A stretch of 64,000 nt of DNA from an uncultured bacterium. Lineage in GTDB: Bacteria > Krumholzibacteriota > Krumholzibacteriia > LZORAL124-64-63. How positions within the stretch are numbered: the first letter of the stretch is position 1; every line of letters starts with the position of its first letter. The translations under genes were made by a program, and so were the position numbers. Positions 1 to 8,480 of this stretch are shown piece after piece. Location of the stretch: the NCBI GenBank assembly GCA_963727525.1, contig CAVSGO010000003.1, forward strand, positions 224,001 to 288,000, given 5' to 3'. The notes under the pieces are model-generated. The model searched no databases, was not told the origin of the DNA, and saw only the letters and a list, made by a program, of their open reading frames with translations.

Positions 1-489
1 CCTGCCCCGTGCGACTGGATCGATGGCTACGCGATCGACGATCTCTATGCCCGGGGTGCTGGCAAGCTCATGCATTTCGACGGACAGACCTGGTCGACGG
101 TTCTCGGCGACTCGACGCTCTACGTCGGCTCGGCCTATTGCAGCCGCCAGGGCCATCGCGTGTATCTCGGCGTCAGCCATGGTTATCCTACCTACGGCGT
201 GGGATACTATGAAGACGGCGCTTTCGTCGAGGACGATCCGGATGTCGGCTTCGCCCCGTCGCGAAACTTTTGCGAGGTGGCACCGGGAGAATTCTACTGC
301 CTCGGCGTCCTGATTCCTTCGTTTGCCAATGTGCTCTACCATCGCACGCCTTCGGGAATCTGGGATCGTGTCGAGGTCGTCAGCGTTTTCAGCGACTTCA
401 ATCGCATCTACGCCCACGCGGGCCTGGGTATCGTCGCCGTCGGTTACGACGGGCTCTTCCGCCGCGACCTTCCGACTGGAGCACCATGA
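1..489 (+). CDS. 5'-truncated hypothetical protein, probable beta-propeller repeats
   Basis: Frame is open from base 1 (PAPCDWIDGYAIDDLYARGAGKLMHFDGQTW...) to TGA at 487-489. Short beta-rich repeats such as 'HFDGQTW' and 'IVAVGYDG'. Confidence 0.6.
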   Translation, partial: PAPCDWIDGYAIDDLYARGAGKLMHFDGQTWSTVLGDSTLYVGSAYCSRQGHRVYLGVSHGYPTYGVGYYEDGAFVEDDPDVGFAPSRNFCEVAPGEFYCLGVLIPSFANVLYHRTPSGIWDRVEVVSVFSDFNRIYAHAGLGIVAVGYDGLFRRDLPTGAP

Positions 490-1688
490 TTCGAAGCGAC
501 CGACTCGCCATCGCCGCCCTCGTCGTCTCCCTGGTCCTGGCCGGCCAGGCCTCGGCCACGCTCACGCGCGTGCGCGCGCTGGGCGGCGGGCTCTCGTATC
601 TCGAGGACGATGCCAACGCCACGCTGTGGTATGCGAGGCTCGTGGACTATCCTGATCGCGCGGTCTTCGACGTGGGCGACATCCCCATCGATGCCGGCGG
701 TGGCGGTCTCGCGAACTCGGGCGGTGGGTTGCACGTGGGGATGAGCCGCACCGACCCGCGCACCTGCCTGGGGGTCTACGTGCAGGACACGCTGCCGGCC
801 GATGCGCCCGGTGGCGGCATCACGCTTCTGGGGGCGCATCGCTTCGGGGGGCTGGCGCTCGGGCTCAAGGCCGGGCTCACGTCGTACTTCAACGGCGAGA
901 ACACCACCGAGACCTACGGCGCCGGGCAGGGGCTCTACTACCACGACTTCGGGCTGGGTGCGGCGGTCGACCTGTCGCCGCGCCTGCAGACCGACCTTGC
1001 CGTCGACCTCGTCAACGTGCAGGGCGATGCCGCGTCGCAGGACCTCTACGCCCTCCCGTACCAGCAGTCGTGGTCCACATGGGGCGTGCGTGCGCGGGCC
1101 GCGATGACGGTGAGCGACGTCGTCACGCTGGTACCCATGATCAGTCATCGCCGGGACGACCGTGCCTTGTTCGCGCCGCAACTGGGCTCGCCGGCCGACT
1201 TGCACATGTTCGAGAACATCTTCGGCGTGGGCTTCCGCGTGCGTACCGACGACGCCAATCTCATCATCGTCTCCGGCGAGTACCGCCGCCTGCATGAGCG
1301 GCAAACGCGCATCGTGGGCGCGGCGCTGGCCTGGGACTACGACAGCGCCGACCTCTCGTCGAACGAGGTGCACGCGCGCGTGGGGCTGGAGTCGACGGTG
1401 CGGCCGTGGCTCGTGGTGCGCGCCGCGATGCAATACGTACGGTTGCAGCACGATCGCTTGACGACGCGTGGCCACACCGTGCCCGATGAGCCCGACCGCT
1501 GGGCCGAGAGCACGTCGATCCAGGTGCTCACGCCGGTCACGCTGGGGGCGGGTGTCGCGCTGGCGCCGTTCACGGTGGACGTGACGCTGAACACGCGGTG
1601 GCGCGAGGTGTATGGCGTGTTCCCGTTCGGAGCCACGCCGGCACCCACGGGCACCTACACGGTGATCACGGTGGGGTACGCGTTCTAG
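486..1688 (+). CDS. Outer-membrane beta-barrel protein of unknown function
   Basis: ATG overlaps the upstream stop (ATGA). Signal peptide (LAIAALVVSLVLAGQASA), amphipathic beta strands, C-terminal aromatic beta-signal 'ITVGYAF'. Confidence 0.7.
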   Translation: MIRSDRLAIAALVVSLVLAGQASATLTRVRALGGGLSYLEDDANATLWYARLVDYPDRAVFDVGDIPIDAGGGGLANSGGGLHVGMSRTDPRTCLGVYVQDTLPADAPGGGITLLGAHRFGGLALGLKAGLTSYFNGENTTETYGAGQGLYYHDFGLGAAVDLSPRLQTDLAVDLVNVQGDAASQDLYALPYQQSWSTWGVRARAAMTVSDVVTLVPMISHRRDDRALFAPQLGSPADLHMFENIFGVGFRVRTDDANLIIVSGEYRRLHERQTRIVGAALAWDYDSADLSSNEVHARVGLESTVRPWLVVRAAMQYVRLQHDRLTTRGHTVPDEPDRWAESTSIQVLTPVTLGAGVALAPFTVDVTLNTRWREVYGVFPFGATPAPTGTYTVITVGYAF

Positions 1689-1713
1689 CCCGGACTACTC
1701 AGGAGTAGCCGGG

Positions 1714-2325
1714 CTAGTCGGGAGGCAGCGTCTTCGCGATCTCGTCGGCCGTGCCCAGGTCGCGGGGCTCGCCGCGCTCCCGAAGCGCGGCGATGAGCTT
1801 GCGTCGCACCGTCACCGACTCGTTGCTGGCGAATTTCGACTTGCCCATCCAGTTCGTCACCGCGATGCGGAACACGCCCACCGTGCGCAGCGCCTTGGCG
1901 TAGCGCGAGTCGGCGGCCGTGATCGTCTTGAAGCGGCCCTCGGGCTGGTACTTCTCCATCAGGGCCTGCAGACCGCGCGCTTTCTCGTCGACCTCGGTCA
2001 CGGGTGCGCCAATGCCGCGTGCGTCGACCGACTTGAATAGGTGCGTGGCAGGGCACGCGTAGTCGGGCGCCACGAAGTACGAGGGGATGAGGCTGTAGGG
2101 CAGCGCCATCATGAAGCTCACCGGCGCACCGTTCTCGAGCACCGTGAACTTCTCGCCTGCCAGCGCGCCGTGGAAGTAGATCGTCTGCTCCACGGCGGCG
2201 AAGTTCAGGGGCACGACGCGCGGCATGCCATCGGGCGTGAGCAGGCCCAGGTAGCCCACCTCGCACCGCCGCGCCAGCTCCGCGAAGAACGCCGGGTCCT
2301 GGTTCTGCAGTTCGTGCCGCCGCAT
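1714..2325 (-). CDS. Pyridoxamine 5'-phosphate oxidase-like flavin-binding protein (NimA-like)
   Basis: 'GYLGLLTPDGMPRVVPLNF...IYFHGALAGEK' and 'FKSVDARG' split-barrel FMN-binding motifs. Start overlaps the upstream stop. Confidence 0.8.
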   Translation of the reverse strand: MRRHELQNQDPAFFAELARRCEVGYLGLLTPDGMPRVVPLNFAAVEQTIYFHGALAGEKFTVLENGAPVSFMMALPYSLIPSYFVAPDYACPATHLFKSVDARGIGAPVTEVDEKARGLQALMEKYQPEGRFKTITAADSRYAKALRTVGVFRIAVTNWMGKSKFASNESVTVRRKLIAALRERGEPRDLGTADEIAKTLPPD

Positions 2326-3293
2326 CAGCGCAACCACACGCCGCAGCCGTGCATGGTCGTGCCGTCGAGCGTGATGTCGACGGTGGCGGGATACGGCCAG
2401 CCGCTCATGGAATCGACGCAGAGCGCGTCGACGATCGACATCCGCAGCTCGTGCCCATCGGCCTTGACGGTGAGCGTGGCGCCGGGCGCCACATCCTCGG
2501 GCGTGGCGCCGGGAAAGTCGAGGTCGGGTTCGGACGGAAGGCTCACGCGCACCCGGTCGGGGCTCACGCTCACCGACCAGAACGGCTCGTTGCCGGCCGC
2601 GCGGAAGTGGTAGCCGGCGGCCCACGCCTCATCAAGGGTGCGCTGGCGGGCGCTCACGGCGCAGTCGCCGACCGCTTTGCCACCGCGTTCCATTCTTATC
2701 AGTTCGCGACCCTTGGTCCAGACGACGATCTCATCGTCGCCATATTTCGCGCCGGATGCGGCGATCTGGTGGGCGAGCAATCGGGCGCCGTCCGGCGCGT
2801 AGAGAGTGGCGGTGTCGTGGACGAGATCGTAGGTGATGAGGTAGGGCGTGTCGCCGCAATCGAAGGCGAGCATGTGCGGCATGCCGCGATCGCCCACCGC
2901 ACCGGCCTTTGCCTGGTGCAGGATGACCTCGAGCGGGCTCGCCATCGATTTCTTCGTGAGCGGCACGGCCGACGTGTTCAGCCACAGCAGCTCGCCACCC
3001 GCCGTGATACGGGCCTGTACGAGCACGGTGTGCCCATCGGCCAGGCTCGTGGGATCATAGTCGAGCGTGAAGGCGATGGGCACCTGCCCGGCCGGGTCGA
3101 TCACCTGCTCGGCCAGGGTCGGGGACGGCGCATCCTGCTTCGACGCATCCACCAGCCTGACGGTGGCCACGGCGTCCGGTGGCAGGGCGATGCGCTGGCG
3201 GTAGGTGAGTGTGCCGGTCACCTGAGTCGGTTGCGAGCCGCAGCCGGCCAGCGAAGCGGCCAGCGCGAGGACGAGGGCGAGGCGTCGGCGCAT
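2325..3293 (-). CDS. Lipoprotein: YbaY-like + MliC-like + COG3650-like domains
   Basis: Lipobox LAGC. YbaY 'GTLTYRQRIALPPDA...GQVPIAF', MliC 'IAASGAKY...WTKG', and C-terminal 'FRAAGNEPFW...C.DSMSG...GCG'. Confidence 0.8.
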   Translation of the reverse strand: MRRRLALVLALAASLAGCGSQPTQVTGTLTYRQRIALPPDAVATVRLVDASKQDAPSPTLAEQVIDPAGQVPIAFTLDYDPTSLADGHTVLVQARITAGGELLWLNTSAVPLTKKSMASPLEVILHQAKAGAVGDRGMPHMLAFDCGDTPYLITYDLVHDTATLYAPDGARLLAHQIAASGAKYGDDEIVVWTKGRELIRMERGGKAVGDCAVSARQRTLDEAWAAGYHFRAAGNEPFWSVSVSPDRVRVSLPSEPDLDFPGATPEDVAPGATLTVKADGHELRMSIVDALCVDSMSGWPYPATVDITLDGTTMHGCGVWLR

Positions 3294-3448
3294 GAGTGAA
3301 CTCCTGTCCGGGGTATCGGGCTGCGCTGACAGTGTAGCCCCTGTGCCCGCGACCGGACAGGCCGAGATTGCCGGTATCGGCTCGTGGCCGTATCCTGGTT
3401 CCGCTCGCGCGTTTGCACGATAAACCCATCGCCGAGAAGGAGTTTCGC

Positions 3449-4840
3449 ATGGCGGAGTCTTGCCCGACCGACACCATCACCGCCCGCATGGCCCGGTGGG
3501 CCGCGGGTCTCGAGTTCGAACACCTGGGCCAGACCGCGATTCACGAGGCCAAGCGCTATCTCCTCGATTCCCTCGGCTGCGCGCTCGGCGGCTTCCGCCA
3601 GGAAGATGCGCGGCACGCCCTCGATGTGCTCGACGAGATCGCGGGCGCCGGTCCGGCCACCATCATCGGCAGCGGCAAGCGTGTCGACGTGGTGTCGGCC
3701 TCTCTCGCCAACGCTCTCATGGTGCGCGTGATGGACTACAACGACATCTACTGGCGGCAAGACCCGTCGCACCCGTCGGACATCATCCCGGCTGCCATCG
3801 CGGCGGCCGAGCGCCAGGGGACCGGCGGCCGCGAGTTGATCGTGGGTATTGTGCTGGGCCACGAGTTCGAGATGCGCCTGTGCGAGGCTGCGTTTCCCGG
3901 CATCCGCGAGCGCGGCTGGCACCATGCCACGCTCACGGCCTTCGCGTCGCCCATCGTGGCGGGACGTCTGCTGCGCCTGTCGGCCGACCAGATCCAGCAC
4001 GCCATCGGCATCAGCGCCTCGCGGCACGCCACCCTGGGCGCCGTGACGGCGGGCAAGCTGACCATGATGAAGAACACGGTCGATCCCCTGGCCACCCAGT
4101 CGGGCGTGCTGGCGGCGCTCCTCGCGGAGAGGGGCTACACCGGTCCCGAGCATGTGATCGACGGCAAGGAAGGCCTGGTACACGTCTTCGGCCCCGAGTG
4201 GAAGCTCGACGTGCTCACGGACGGACTGGGCGAGGGCTGGCGCATCGAGCGCTGCGGCATGAAGGCGTTTCCCACTGAGGCGCTCACGCATACGCCCATC
4301 TCCGCCGTGCTGCAGATCGTTGAGCAGCACGACCTGCAGCCCGAGCAGATCGCCGAGGTGCACATCCGCTCCCTCGCGCGCGCGGCCGACATCCTGGCAG
4401 ACCCCTCGAAGTATGATCCGCGTTCCAAGGAGACTGCCGATCACAGCCTGCCTTACGTGATTGCCGCCGCCATCGTGCACCGCCAGGTCACGCCGAAGCA
4501 GTTCACGCAGGACGCGATCATGAACGATCGCCTGCGCGCGCAGCTCCCCAAGGTGAAGGTTACCGCCGATCCGGAGATCGAGGCCATGTTCCCGAAGCTT
4601 CAGCGCGTGGCCGTCACCATCGCCACCACCGATGGCCGCAGCTTCGACGCCAGGCTCGACTACCCCAAAGGCGACCCCCGCAACCCGCTCACTGACCGCG
4701 AGGTGGAGGCCAAGTTCGACGCGCTGGCGGAGCCGGTACTCGACGCGGAGGCACGTCAGCGCCTGAAGGACGCCGTTTGGGGGCTCGAATCGCGGGGAAG
4801 CGTGAGCGAGTTGATGGAAATGACGACAGCGAGGGCGTGA
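3449..4840 (+). CDS. prpD: MmgE/PrpD family protein (2-methylcitrate dehydratase-like)
   Basis: RBS AAGGAG. Motifs 'DYND', 'SHPSD', 'KETADHSLPY' and 'PKGDPRNPL'. Confidence 0.85.
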   Translation: MAESCPTDTITARMARWAAGLEFEHLGQTAIHEAKRYLLDSLGCALGGFRQEDARHALDVLDEIAGAGPATIIGSGKRVDVVSASLANALMVRVMDYNDIYWRQDPSHPSDIIPAAIAAAERQGTGGRELIVGIVLGHEFEMRLCEAAFPGIRERGWHHATLTAFASPIVAGRLLRLSADQIQHAIGISASRHATLGAVTAGKLTMMKNTVDPLATQSGVLAALLAERGYTGPEHVIDGKEGLVHVFGPEWKLDVLTDGLGEGWRIERCGMKAFPTEALTHTPISAVLQIVEQHDLQPEQIAEVHIRSLARAADILADPSKYDPRSKETADHSLPYVIAAAIVHRQVTPKQFTQDAIMNDRLRAQLPKVKVTADPEIEAMFPKLQRVAVTIATTDGRSFDARLDYPKGDPRNPLTDREVEAKFDALAEPVLDAEARQRLKDAVWGLESRGSVSELMEMTTARA

Positions 4841-5012
4841 CCACTCGAGCACGACCAGGGAAGTCCTGCTTGCCGACTCCCAGGGTACAGGCTAGAGTGA
4901 CCGCTCTTGCCCGGATGGTCGTCACGATCGGTCCGTGGCACTCGTCTCACCGCGGGGGAGGACCGGCCCACGGCTGTCCCGCCGTTTCGATGACTCATGG
5001 AAGGGGAGAACA

Positions 5013-5423
5013 ATGATGAGGAATCGTCGCACGGTTGCACTCGTGGCGCTCGTCATCGCATTGACCACGGTCGGCGCCTGCGGCAAGTCGCAGAAAGCGC
5101 TCGATACCGAAGGTCTATCGCTTGGCAAGGACATGAGCGAGATCGTGAATCAAGCGGTCAAGGCCCTCGGCGGCGTCACCGACGTGGCGAGCGCGCAGGC
5201 GGCACTCCCGCAGCTCACGGATGTCGATGGAAAGCTCGGCGATCTCGTCGCCAAAGCCGCCAAACTCTCGCCCGAGAGCAAGCAGACCATGATCGACCTC
5301 GTGAAGACCGCCGTCCCCTCGCTCAAGACGGCGATGGAGCGCGTCAACGCCATCCCCGGCGTCAGCGATACTCTCAAGCCGATCCTCGACTCCCTCATGG
5401 CCAAGCTCCAGGGCGTGATGTGA
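5013..5423 (+). CDS. Small helical lipoprotein, hypothetical
   Basis: RBS GGGGAG, lipobox VGAC, amphipathic helices. Confidence 0.75.
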   Translation: MMRNRRTVALVALVIALTTVGACGKSQKALDTEGLSLGKDMSEIVNQAVKALGGVTDVASAQAALPQLTDVDGKLGDLVAKAAKLSPESKQTMIDLVKTAVPSLKTAMERVNAIPGVSDTLKPILDSLMAKLQGVM

Positions 5424-5429
5424 TCCCGC

Positions 5430-5462
5430 CGGCGATCCCCGGCGCGACGCCGGGGATCGCCG
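5430..5462 (+). terminator. Stem-loop, probable intrinsic terminator
   Basis: 15-bp perfect inverted repeat CGGCGATCCCCGGCG / CGCCGGGGATCGCCG just after the stop codon, with a T-run a few bases downstream. Confidence 0.7.
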
Positions 5463-5936
5463 CCGCTGCTTTTCCGTCCCCTGCCTTCGAGTCCGGCCCT
5501 TCAGGAATGCGCCGGCGAAATCGTCGATCCCTCCGGCCGTGGCTCCGAGATGCCGGGCGGCCTCGCAACCCAAGATTCGTGGCGACCGAGCCCGGCCAGG
5601 ACATGTTCAGCCGGTGGGATGACATATCCTGACCCCGCGGATGTGGGCGGGGGGGGGGGGGGCGCCGCCGGCGGACCCGCTTGCCGCGCTCGATCGCGTC
5701 AAAGCGGTGGCGGCGTTGGTCTTCGGCGTCCATGCCGGCCAATGATCTAGCGATTTGATGCGTAGTTCTGTATAATAGAAACCTCAAATCGAAGAACGGT
5801 ACCGGGAGACGGGCCACCGGTCAGGTGACACGCGACAGTTCCGCCGCTTCCGGGACTCATTCTCCGTGCCAGTATGGACCGTGCGACGTAGGGGCGACCC
5901 ATGGCGCGCGCTCTTGCAACGTTTTAGGAGGAACCG

Positions 5937-7067
5937 GTGCGCACCCTTGCGATCCTTTCGGCCAGCATCATCGTTCTGGCCGCCTGTAGCGGCGGCAATC
6001 CGGTGGAAGCCTCGCCGCAGGCCAATACCGCCAGCGTGATCTTCATCCATCATTCGATAGGACGGGTCTTCTTGGAACCGGGTGCGGGTGCCATGAGGGA
6101 TTCGCTGGATGTCTGGAACGGCCGCCACCAGACCTCGGTGAAGCTCTGGGATCACGACTACGGCGAGGGGCATCCGATCTGGGGTCTCTCGAATCCCCAG
6201 GGTACCAATCTCGGCTACGCCTACGGCGACGAGTTCAACAACACCATCCAGGTCGATGGTTACCGGCAACTCTTCACCACGTCCAACGCTTCGCGCGATT
6301 CGCTGATGCGCAATCACGATGTGATCGCGTTCAAGTGCGGCTACGAGAGCGGCTGGATGTGGCTGACGTCGGATGCGGAACTCGAAGCGGCCAAGGCCGA
6401 CTACCGTGCCATGCGCGACTTCTTCGACCAGCATCCCGAGAAGAGATTCGTGGTCGTCACGCAGCCGCCGATCAACTGCAATGCCGATTACGTCGACGCG
6501 CGCCGGGATCGTGCCCGCCAGCTGGCGAATTACCTGAAGAGCACGTCGTTCCTGTCCGGACACCCGAATGTGTTCTGCTTCGACCTCTTCGATCGCCTGG
6601 CTCGGCCCGACAATGCGTCGGACAGCTGCCGCAACACCCTGCGCTACGAGTACGAGCCCGATCACTCGACGGCCGACCCGCATCCGAACGAGCTTGCCGG
6701 CAAGGACATCGGTCCGGATTTCGCGCTGTTCCTGTACGACGTCGCCGTCGGTTCCGGCCAGACCGCGGTGCAGCCGGATCTGGCCTTGCCCCTCATCCAG
6801 CTCGCACCTGCCGCGCCCAATCCATTCAATCCGCGGACGACGCTCAGGTTCACGCTGGCGCGGTCGGCGCGGGCGCGTCTGAGCATCTACGACCTCGCGG
6901 GGCGGCTGGTGAAGACCCTGGTCGACGGCCAGCAGGCCACGGGCGACCACGCGGTGACCTGGGACGGCTGCGATACGAGCGGCCGTGCGGTGGCCACGGG
7001 GGCGTACGTGGTACGCCTCGTGGCCGAGCGCCAGGAAACCTCCGAGCTCATGACGCTGGTGCGCTAG
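5937..7067 (+). CDS. Secreted alpha/beta (SGNH-like) protein with C-terminal FlgD-Ig/T9SS-like domain
   Basis: RBS AGGAGG with GTG start, lipobox-like LAAC, 'FIHHSIG' and 'DPHPN' motifs, and CTD 'PNPFNPRTT...IYDLAGRLV...WDG'. Confidence 0.75.
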   Translation: MRTLAILSASIIVLAACSGGNPVEASPQANTASVIFIHHSIGRVFLEPGAGAMRDSLDVWNGRHQTSVKLWDHDYGEGHPIWGLSNPQGTNLGYAYGDEFNNTIQVDGYRQLFTTSNASRDSLMRNHDVIAFKCGYESGWMWLTSDAELEAAKADYRAMRDFFDQHPEKRFVVVTQPPINCNADYVDARRDRARQLANYLKSTSFLSGHPNVFCFDLFDRLARPDNASDSCRNTLRYEYEPDHSTADPHPNELAGKDIGPDFALFLYDVAVGSGQTAVQPDLALPLIQLAPAAPNPFNPRTTLRFTLARSARARLSIYDLAGRLVKTLVDGQQATGDHAVTWDGCDTSGRAVATGAYVVRLVAERQETSELMTLVR

Positions 7068-7083
7068 CACGACCGTAAGAGCG

Positions 7084-7120
7084 AGGGGTCGGAAGCGATG
7101 CTTCCGACCCCTTTTTCTCT
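7084..7120 (+). terminator. Intrinsic terminator between convergent genes
   Basis: AGGGGTCGGAAGC-GAT-GCTTCCGACCCCT followed by TTTTCTCT. Confidence 0.8.
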
Positions 7121-7134
7121 GGCAGGACGAGGCG

Positions 7135-8469
7135 CTAGTTGTAGATGGCCAGTCCGAGCGTCCAGGCGATTCCCGAGCGCAATCCGCCCTTGTTCATGGG
7201 AAGCGTCATGTTGGCCTGCAGAATCGAGCGATCGAAGGCCGCCACGCGCATGCCGAACGACGCATCGACGACGGTGTCGCGCTTGTAATCGGGCACGTTC
7301 GAGTTCTTGATGTCGCGGAATACCGCCGTGTGTGTGGCATCGGCCGGCCGGTCGAGAATCGCCGTCGTACCGGGCGCGATGGAGACGGTCTCATTCGTGT
7401 TGAGAGGCACAACCCCGAGCACATCGAACGCGAACGACATGCTCGAGCTGACACTCTGGTCGAAACCCGTGGCGAAGACGAAGTCGTCGCTCACGCCCTC
7501 GGCGCCACGGTAGCCGTAACCGAGATTCACGTGAGGAGTGAAGCGATCGAACGATCGCGATGCCACGCCCACGAGATTGACGTTGGTGCTTCCGGAGCCG
7601 AGGAAATCCGCCTCGGCTCCGGTCGGTAGACGCGCGTCCAGCAACAGTGCGTACTGCTCCTTCGACGAACTGCCGATCGCATACTTGGCGCGCAGCGCGA
7701 TGTCGCCGATGCCGGTGGCGCTCTCGTCATACGGCTGCGTGGTCGTGAAGATCGGATCCGTGGACGTACCGCTGAAGAAATGCAGGGCATTGCCGGTCTG
7801 TGCGAACGTGAAGCTGCTGACCGTGGCCTGCGCGTCGCCGTACATGCGCAGCTTCACGAACGGCACGGCCACGCCGACATCGAGATTCGGCAGCAGTCCA
7901 TATGTTCCCGTGAGCGCAAAAACATCGGCATCGATGTTGAGGTCCATCACGACATTGATCAGGTCGCGTTCCATCGGCAAGGTGCCGAGGGGGCCGTCGT
8001 CCGGAAAGACGTTCTCATGCGTGAATGTGAACGAGATGTCGCGCGTATCGAGGCCGCGCAGGCGATCCAGGCTGCTCGACGTGTAGTTGACGCCGAAGCT
8101 GAGACCGCCCTTACCGAGGGTCGTGCCGGTTTCGGCGAAGATCGGGCCCCAGCTCGTGCGCAATTTGCGCGGCGTGCCGTCTGGCGCCTTCTGCCAGATC
8201 GTGCCGGCGATCGAGGAACTCAGAGGCAGGGAACCGATGTTGCGAACGATCATCTGTTCAAGGGCGGGCGACAGCGTCTGGCTGGCAGCTTCCGCAGCCG
8301 GGATGAAATGGTTCTTGTGTTCGCCCGGGCTCACCGACATCTGGTCGATGAGGATCCCGTTGAATATGCTGTCGAAGACCGTGTTCATCTGTGCCTGCGC
8401 CCGCGGCGCGGGCAGCAATATGACGAGCGCGATCTGTATCGCGAGCCATGTCGTGAACATATGGCGCAT
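7135..8469 (-). CDS. Outer-membrane beta-barrel, putative transporter family (COG4313-like)
   Basis: RBS GAGGGAG, signal peptide ending AQA, 'TLGKG', 'GIGDIALRAKY', 'LPTG...LGSG', C-terminal 'LGLAIYN'. Confidence 0.7.
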   Translation of the reverse strand: MRHMFTTWLAIQIALVILLPAPRAQAQMNTVFDSIFNGILIDQMSVSPGEHKNHFIPAAEAASQTLSPALEQMIVRNIGSLPLSSSIAGTIWQKAPDGTPRKLRTSWGPIFAETGTTLGKGGLSFGVNYTSSSLDRLRGLDTRDISFTFTHENVFPDDGPLGTLPMERDLINVVMDLNIDADVFALTGTYGLLPNLDVGVAVPFVKLRMYGDAQATVSSFTFAQTGNALHFFSGTSTDPIFTTTQPYDESATGIGDIALRAKYAIGSSSKEQYALLLDARLPTGAEADFLGSGSTNVNLVGVASRSFDRFTPHVNLGYGYRGAEGVSDDFVFATGFDQSVSSSMSFAFDVLGVVPLNTNETVSIAPGTTAILDRPADATHTAVFRDIKNSNVPDYKRDTVVDASFGMRVAAFDRSILQANMTLPMNKGGLRSGIAWTLGLAIYN

Positions 8470-8480
8470 TGCGAACTCCC

